64,000 nucleotides of DNA from an uncultured delta proteobacterium (GTDB lineage: Bacteria > Desulfobacterota > Binatia > UBA9968), in the NCBI GenBank assembly GCA_963745835.1, contig CAVUZH010000022.1, forward strand, positions 32,001-96,000. Direction: 5' to 3'. The number at the start of each line of letters is the position of its first letter. Positions within the stretch are counted from its first letter, which is position 1. A program made the position numbers and the translations under genes. The notes beneath the pieces are model-generated. The model was not told the DNA's origin. It searched no databases and worked only from the letters and a program-made list of their open reading frames with translations. Shown here one piece after another: positions 58,595 to 64,000 of the stretch.

Positions 58595-59342
58595 AGGCAG
58601 GACAGTATATATAACCGGCGGGACCGGCGGGCTGGGCCGGCCGGTTGTCAGGTTGCTGGAAAAAGAGGGCGCCATCGTCCATCTGCACGACCGTAGCAAG
58701 GATGGCGATCTTGCCGAAAACATCGATGCGCTCTGCAAACGGCTTGCGGCAAATCCGCCGGACATTCTCGTCAACATGGCCGGTATCAACGTGCTCGACT
58801 GGTGCGAAAACCAGAACGCCGAGCAGATTATCGGCATCAATTTGCTAGCGCCGGTTCGTCTCATTCAGGCCGTACTGCCTGGCATGAAAAAACGCGGCAG
58901 CGGCCATATCGTCAATGTCGGCTCGATGACCGGCCTTATTCCGCTTCCCTACTATTCCTGCTACGTGGCGACTAAGGCGGGGCTAAAAGGGTTTAACGAC
59001 GCCCTGCGCCGCGAGCTTTACGATAGTGGCATCGTGTTGACGCATATCGCGCCCCGCGCCGTCCAGACAAACATGAACGAAGGTGCAATCGCCGATTTCA
59101 ACCGGCAAACCCACGTTTATGTCGACAAGGCGGACAAAATCGCCGCGCGCATCCTGCGGGCGATTCTAACACAGGAAAAAGACGTGCGGATCGGCTGGCC
59201 CGAACGGCTTTATGCGTTCGTCAGCTTTTTGCTGCCCGGCGTAATCGACAAGGGGCTTGAAGCCCATCGCGTTGCCGGGAGTGAGGTAATTACCGAATAT
59301 AAAAACAAGGAGAAGAAAGATGAAGAAAACACGGCTGCTTAG
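58584..59342 (+). CDS. SDR family oxidoreductase
   Basis: ITGGTGGLG, NMAG, NVGS, YVATK (YxxxK). Confidence 0.92.
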   Translation: MRLKGRTVYITGGTGGLGRPVVRLLEKEGAIVHLHDRSKDGDLAENIDALCKRLAANPPDILVNMAGINVLDWCENQNAEQIIGINLLAPVRLIQAVLPGMKKRGSGHIVNVGSMTGLIPLPYYSCYVATKAGLKGFNDALRRELYDSGIVLTHIAPRAVQTNMNEGAIADFNRQTHVYVDKADKIAARILRAILTQEKDVRIGWPERLYAFVSFLLPGVIDKGLEAHRVAGSEVITEYKNKEKKDEENTAA

Positions 59343-60012
59343 TATGACTCTGGTCCTGAACCTTACCGTTCCCGTCTTTGCGCAGGACTACGGTTATACG
59401 CAACAGGCAACGGCGCCTTCACAGCAACAGCTCGATCCGGTCGCGGAACAAATTGCTTTCCTCCAGCAGGACTGGGCGCGGATCAAATACCAGGTAGCCG
59501 GTGAGGATGCCAAGGTTGACGCCATTCACAAGCTTAAGGACCATGCCGCCAAGGTTAGCGCGGCCTACCCGAACCGGCCGGAAGTCCTGATCTGGGAAGG
59601 CATTATCCTCTCGACCGATGCCGGGATTGTCAAAGGCATCTCCGCTCTTGGCAAAGTTAAAAAAGCCAAGGGCCTGTTTGAAACGGCATTGCGAATAGAT
59701 CCGACAGCACTGGACGGCTCTGCATATACTTCCCTGGGTTCTCTTTATTACCAGGTGCCCGGCTGGCCGATTGGGTTTGGGGACAACGATAAGGCGGAAA
59801 AGAACCTCAAGCAGGCGCTTTCTTTGAATCCCAACGGGATTGACCCAAATTTCTTTTATGGTGATTTTCTGCTTCAGGACGGTCGTTATGATGAGGCGAA
59901 GGCCTATCTGGAACGGGCGCTGCAAGCGCCAGCCCGTCCGGGCCGTGAACTTGCGGATGCCGGGCGCAGGCAGGAAATCAAGGCCGCGCTTGCGCAGGTG
60001 AGGAAAAGATGA
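59320..60012 (+). CDS. Exported TPR protein
   Basis: Signal peptide; ALDGSAYTSLGSLYYQVPGWPIGFGD; NPNGIDPNFFYG; AAGGAG RBS. Confidence 0.85.
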   Translation: MKKTRLLSMTLVLNLTVPVFAQDYGYTQQATAPSQQQLDPVAEQIAFLQQDWARIKYQVAGEDAKVDAIHKLKDHAAKVSAAYPNRPEVLIWEGIILSTDAGIVKGISALGKVKKAKGLFETALRIDPTALDGSAYTSLGSLYYQVPGWPIGFGDNDKAEKNLKQALSLNPNGIDPNFFYGDFLLQDGRYDEAKAYLERALQAPARPGRELADAGRRQEIKAALAQVRKR

Positions 60013-60053
60013 AAGATGGCGGCAGGAAGAGTTATAACCAGTAGACCGGATGA

Positions 60054-60722
60054 ATGCGCATACTCCTTGTCGAAGATGATGCCATGCTTGGCAAAGCCAC
60101 AGCAGAAGGCCTGAAAACGGCCTATGCCGTGGACTGGTGCCAGACGGCAGAGGATGCGCAGGCGGCATTGAAAGCCACGCCTTACGACCTTGTTATCCTC
60201 GATATCGGCCTGCCCGAAAAATCTGGCCTCGATCTGCTGAAAGAGTTGCGGGCGGTTAACGACGACCGCCCGGTCCTTTTCCTGACCGCGAGGGATGCTG
60301 TCCGGCACCGCGTTGAAGGCCTGAATGCCGGAGCTGACGACTATCTTGTTAAGCCGTTTGATCTCGACGAGTTAATCGCCCGCGCCGGGGCGCTGATCCG
60401 CCGTTCGCAGGGGCGCGCCAGTCCGGAAATCAAATGGCGGAATGTTGTCTTTGATCCGGCGGCGAAGCGAGTCTGCAAAGGCCAGGATTTCGTGAAACTC
60501 TCGGGCCGCGAACTCGCGATCTTGCAGGTTCTAATGGAAAATACTGGCCGGGTGCTCAGCAAGGCACAGATCGAAGACCATATCTACGACTGGGATAGCG
60601 GCGAGTTTGAAAGCAATACAGTTGAGGTGCATATCTCGGCACTGCGCCGTAAACTTGGCAAAGACCTGATCCGGACGATCAGGGGGATCGGCTATATGGT
60701 GCCACCGGAAACGGAGGCCTGA
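60054..60722 (+). CDS. OmpR-family response regulator (QseB/PmrA-like)
   Basis: MRILLVEDD, LDIGLP, LTARD, GADDYLVKPF, SNTVEVHIS.LRRKL, RTIRGIGY. Confidence 0.95.
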   Translation: MRILLVEDDAMLGKATAEGLKTAYAVDWCQTAEDAQAALKATPYDLVILDIGLPEKSGLDLLKELRAVNDDRPVLFLTARDAVRHRVEGLNAGADDYLVKPFDLDELIARAGALIRRSQGRASPEIKWRNVVFDPAAKRVCKGQDFVKLSGRELAILQVLMENTGRVLSKAQIEDHIYDWDSGEFESNTVEVHISALRRKLGKDLIRTIRGIGYMVPPETEA

Positions 60723-62179
60723 TGGATCAGGTCCGGCAATATTCGCTTCGGCTTCACCTGCTAAGCCTTATCAGTATCCCGATTATTCTCGCCGGGTGTC
60801 TGGTCGGCGCCTTTGCCCTGTGGTCGGCCTATCATGAAATTTCAGAAGTTTACGACGCCCAGCTTTCTCATGCTGCCAAGGTGTTGTTACAACTTACTGA
60901 GCACGAAGTGCGCGAACATGAAAGTTACGAGATCGAACTGGGCGCGGAGCGGCCCGACATCTACCACCGCTACGAAAAAAATATTTCCTTTCGTATCTGG
61001 AAGGGAGATCACCTTGTTACCGAGTCGCAAAATGCTGTCGAATTTGCCGATGTGAACGCACCGCTGGGTTTTTCTGACCAGAAGATTGGCGATGTATGGT
61101 GGCGCTTTTTCGTCTTTGTCGATGATCCTGCCGGCATTACCGTTGAGGTTGCCGAGCGTTATAAAATCAGGGCCGAGCTGATCTTGCAAATTCTGTTCAG
61201 TTTCTTTGCGCCGGCGCTAGTATTTATTCCTTTATTGCTCCTGCTGGTGTGGTGGGGCACAACCCGCAGCCTGCAGCCTTTGCTCGCCGTGTCCGAGGCG
61301 GTTGACAAGCGCGATGCCGGCGATCTGCGCCCGATTGACGCCGCACGTATTCCGAAAGAAATCGTGCCGCTGATGCGAGCCCTGAACCGCCTGCTGCAAA
61401 GGCTCGAAGTGAGCCTGCAGCGCGAGCGGGAATTTACCGACAATGCCGCCCACGAACTGCGTACACCGCTCGCCGTCATGAAGATGCAAACCCAGGTTCT
61501 CTTGAAAAAAGCGGGCGATGTGCCAGCCTGCCGGGAAGGGCTCGACAATCTCGAAGCGGCCATTGATCGCGCCTCGCATCTGGTCACTCAGCTTTTGTCC
61601 TTTGCCAGAATGCAAAGTAGTGATCTTGAATTCCGAGACCTCGACTTCTCCCAACTGGTTGAGAATATCGTTGGGGAATATTCCGCTATCGCTGCTGAGA
61701 AGAAGCAGCAATATGATATAAACATTGCTTCTGGTGTCAGAGTACACGGAAACGAAGACGCTTTAGCGATCATGGTCCGGAACCTTGTCGACAATGCGGT
61801 AAAGTTCACGCCCGGAGAAGGCCGTATCAACATCTGCCTGAAAGAAGACGGGGCATTGTTGGTCGCGGATAGCGGCCCCGGCATTCCTGATAACGAAAAA
61901 AAGAAAGTGCTTGAGCGTTTCACGCGTGGCAGCAAAACGCAGGAAATGGGAAGCGGGCTTGGTCTGGCCATGGTTAAATGGACCTGTGATCTGCATAAAG
62001 CTGAGTTGTCGTTATCCGATAACGAGCCGCACGGGCTCGTCGTCACTGTAAAAATGGAAACTTTGCCTTCCTCCTCAAAAATGGCAGCCATGGACGCTTT
62101 CGCATGTCGAGGTTCCCGAGGTTTACCAGAATTACGCACAGCCAAAATACGAGAAAAAAGCTGTCCAGAAGAAAGTTGA
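60722..62179 (+). CDS. Sensor histidine kinase (QseC/PmrB-like); C-terminal ~40 aa probably read-through
   Basis: Two TM helices, HAMP, FTDNAAHELRTPL, NLVDNAVKF, DSGPGI, GSGLGL. Confidence 0.93.
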   Translation: MDQVRQYSLRLHLLSLISIPIILAGCLVGAFALWSAYHEISEVYDAQLSHAAKVLLQLTEHEVREHESYEIELGAERPDIYHRYEKNISFRIWKGDHLVTESQNAVEFADVNAPLGFSDQKIGDVWWRFFVFVDDPAGITVEVAERYKIRAELILQILFSFFAPALVFIPLLLLLVWWGTTRSLQPLLAVSEAVDKRDAGDLRPIDAARIPKEIVPLMRALNRLLQRLEVSLQREREFTDNAAHELRTPLAVMKMQTQVLLKKAGDVPACREGLDNLEAAIDRASHLVTQLLSFARMQSSDLEFRDLDFSQLVENIVGEYSAIAAEKKQQYDINIASGVRVHGNEDALAIMVRNLVDNAVKFTPGEGRINICLKEDGALLVADSGPGIPDNEKKKVLERFTRGSKTQEMGSGLGLAMVKWTCDLHKAELSLSDNEPHGLVVTVKMETLPSSSKMAAMDAFACRGSRGLPELRTAKIREKSCPEES

Positions 62180-63191
62180 GTTTGCATTGCCCGGGCCGTA
62201 CTTTACCGCCATTGCGATATACTGCAGCATCACGAGGGCGGCCAGCGAATAGCAGAGATACTCGGTGAGTTCAAGTTGTCGCTTCGGCCGCTCCGGGTTA
62301 GCTTGGAAAGGTTCAGGGTGGAATTGATAAAGACACCGTACTGCCGGATGCAATAAGTCGATATTAGAAGACCGAGAATGCTCCAGCCTCTGTCGACTGA
62401 GAAGTCAAGGATCCCATGGAGGACGCATGCTGCTCCAAAGGCGAGAAGAAAATACTGAAGCGGCTTCTTCTGGGCGCGGTACCTGCTATAGAAGAGTCCG
62501 TACATAATTAATGAAGTGAATGTCATGTGCAGGACAACAGCCCCCCAATGCGCGGGAGGAGATTGCTCCGAGTCTCCATTCATAGCCGGGGAGCAGGTTT
62601 TCCATGAAGGCGAAACCGAGCGCCGATATAGAGCCGTAGATGATGTAGTCCAAAGGCTCATCGATCGCACGGGTCAGCCACATGACCAGGAGCACGGGAA
62701 TGATCTTTAACGCTTCCTCAATGAGCCCGACGACTAATACGTAATAAAGGAGATCCTTTTGGTCCGTGCCGTTGGCGCGGGATCCGAAGGCAAAGGCATC
62801 GTAGAGCGGCACTACAAAGCAACAAAAAATCATCCCTCCGGCCAGGACTATTACGGTGTAGCCAAGGCGTTTCGGCTCGAACCCTTCGATCTGCTGCAGA
62901 TAGACAAACCAGGTGCCAAGTATCAGCACGACGCCGAGGAGACCGTAGGCAGTCACGCGGCGGAAAACCGAAGCTTCCCATACGTAGTCTGCATACCTTC
63001 CCTCTCGCAGCGCCAGAAATCGTCGGATACGCGGTGGAAAAGAGTTTTTTGCTTCTGCACGGGCAGCAATTTGCTTGAGATCACTGTACTGCTTTGTGGC
63101 GTAAAATATCTGAGCAAGGCCCGAATAAGCTCCCGCTACATTACCTCCAACCTGGATCTCTCGATGGAAGTATTGCTTCGCCAGATCGAGA
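62132..63191 (-). pseudogene. PrsW-family intramembrane metalloprotease with TPR-like N-terminal region, 5'-truncated and frameshifted
   Basis: GLIEEALK and GFAFMEN in one frame, VLHMTFT and VLHGILD in a second, the hydrophobic tail in a third. Confidence 0.8.
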
Positions 63192-63217
63192 CGACCCGTC
63201 CTGCGATGCCACATTGT

Positions 63218-63638
63218 TCAATTCGTTTGCTCGATCTGTTTGAGTCTGCGGCTCACCGTTGCATAGTGAACGGCCAATACGCGGCAATCTCATGAAGCCG
63301 GTACCCATGATCGTATGCCTCGGCTATCGCCTTGCATCTGCTTTTTGCAAATAGCCGATCCAGCGACGGCTTGGCCGCTCTTAACTGTACCCGCGGAATT
63401 TCTTAAAGATCCTTGTTAGGACCTGCGTGCTTCTCGATAACGATTCGCTCCCTAAATAGATCTGCCCTCTTAGCTCTTCACAGGGCCGACTCGCCACTCC
63501 GTCCCTAACCAACTCCTAATCCCGCTTCTGCGCTTGTGCCCGTTCTTGCCGATTGCGCCAGGTCCAATCGGTGCTCAGAACCTCCGACACCCCAGCCAGT
63601 CCAGCGGTCGCCGCGTAGTTGCTCCATCTCCAACTCTG
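63218..63638 (-). pseudogene. Degraded C-terminal half of a Y1 (RAYT/IS200-like) transposase with HTH
   Basis: Manual translation: WRWSNYAATAG...STDW...*ELVRDG...ELRGQIYLGSE...*EIPRVQ...PSLDRLF...AYDHGYRLHEIAAY..VHYATVSRRLK, with internal stops and frameshifts. Confidence 0.78.
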
Positions 63639-63657
63639 AGCTCGATCCTCCATTCTC

Positions 63658-64000
63658 CTAACTGAACATTTCCCTGAACTTCTTGCTCCAGCTCTCCAGC
63701 TCTTCTTTACTCGGCAGCCACATTACGACGATTTGGTCGTCTTTTACATCTTTTTTGAACTTGTGGTCGGCCTCGGGGTGGAACACGTACTCGCCGTAAT
63801 TACCGAAGATGGTTTGCGCTTCAGGGCCAACAAAAAAATCCGTGAACAGGCGCGCCGCATTCGGGTGCGGCGCCTGACGGTTGATCGCCACGAAACTCAG
63901 CGAGGACAGGTATTTGTTCATGCGGACGTACTCGATCGGTCCCGGATACTGGTATTTATCTTTGATGTAGCCGAGCGCAACCTGAACCTCTCCGGAAGTC
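63658..64000 (-). CDS. ABC substrate-binding protein, 3' part (runs off the window end)
   Basis: APHPNAARLFTDFFVGPEAQ motif shared with the 902 and 50828 paralogs. Confidence 0.8.
   Translation of the reverse strand, partial: TSGEVQVALGYIKDKYQYPGPIEYVRMNKYLSSLSFVAINRQAPHPNAARLFTDFFVGPEAQTIFGNYGEYVFHPEADHKFKKDVKDDQIVVMWLPSKEELESWSKKFREMFS

Overview
GC-rich bacterial chromosomal segment. Its many stand-alone ABC substrate-binding proteins and aromatic/heterocycle catabolism enzymes resemble Binatota/deltaproteobacterial MAGs (an impression, not a tested assignment). It contains fumA (partial), a molybdopterin oxidoreductase, a UvrD-type helicase, rfbD, trmJ, an Fpg/Nei glycosylase, and a selA-selB-selD cluster whose SelD is a selenoprotein (in-frame UGA plus SECIS-like hairpin). 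Main result: a complete ~1.38-kb IS110/IS1111-type element (38284-39671) whose downstream non-coding end holds a fully readable bridge/seekRNA, with four 8-nt guides matching its insertion target (GTTGC-TGA-AAAAG) and its own circle junction (AGAGA-TGA-TCTTA). The target is the terminal inverted repeat of a ~120-155-bp MITE-like family with at least 8 copies here. A second MITE copy carries a 502-bp internal transposase fragment with no IS ends at exactly the same target bond. At the right, a 7-gene 'thermostable hemolysin'/AMP-ligase/heme-oxygenase-like/SDR/TPR/two-component cluster and a broken prsW-like gene are bracketed by the split N- and C-terminal remnants of a Y1 (HUH) transposase and its ~25-bp end motif. 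No rRNA, tRNA or CRISPR array was recognised.
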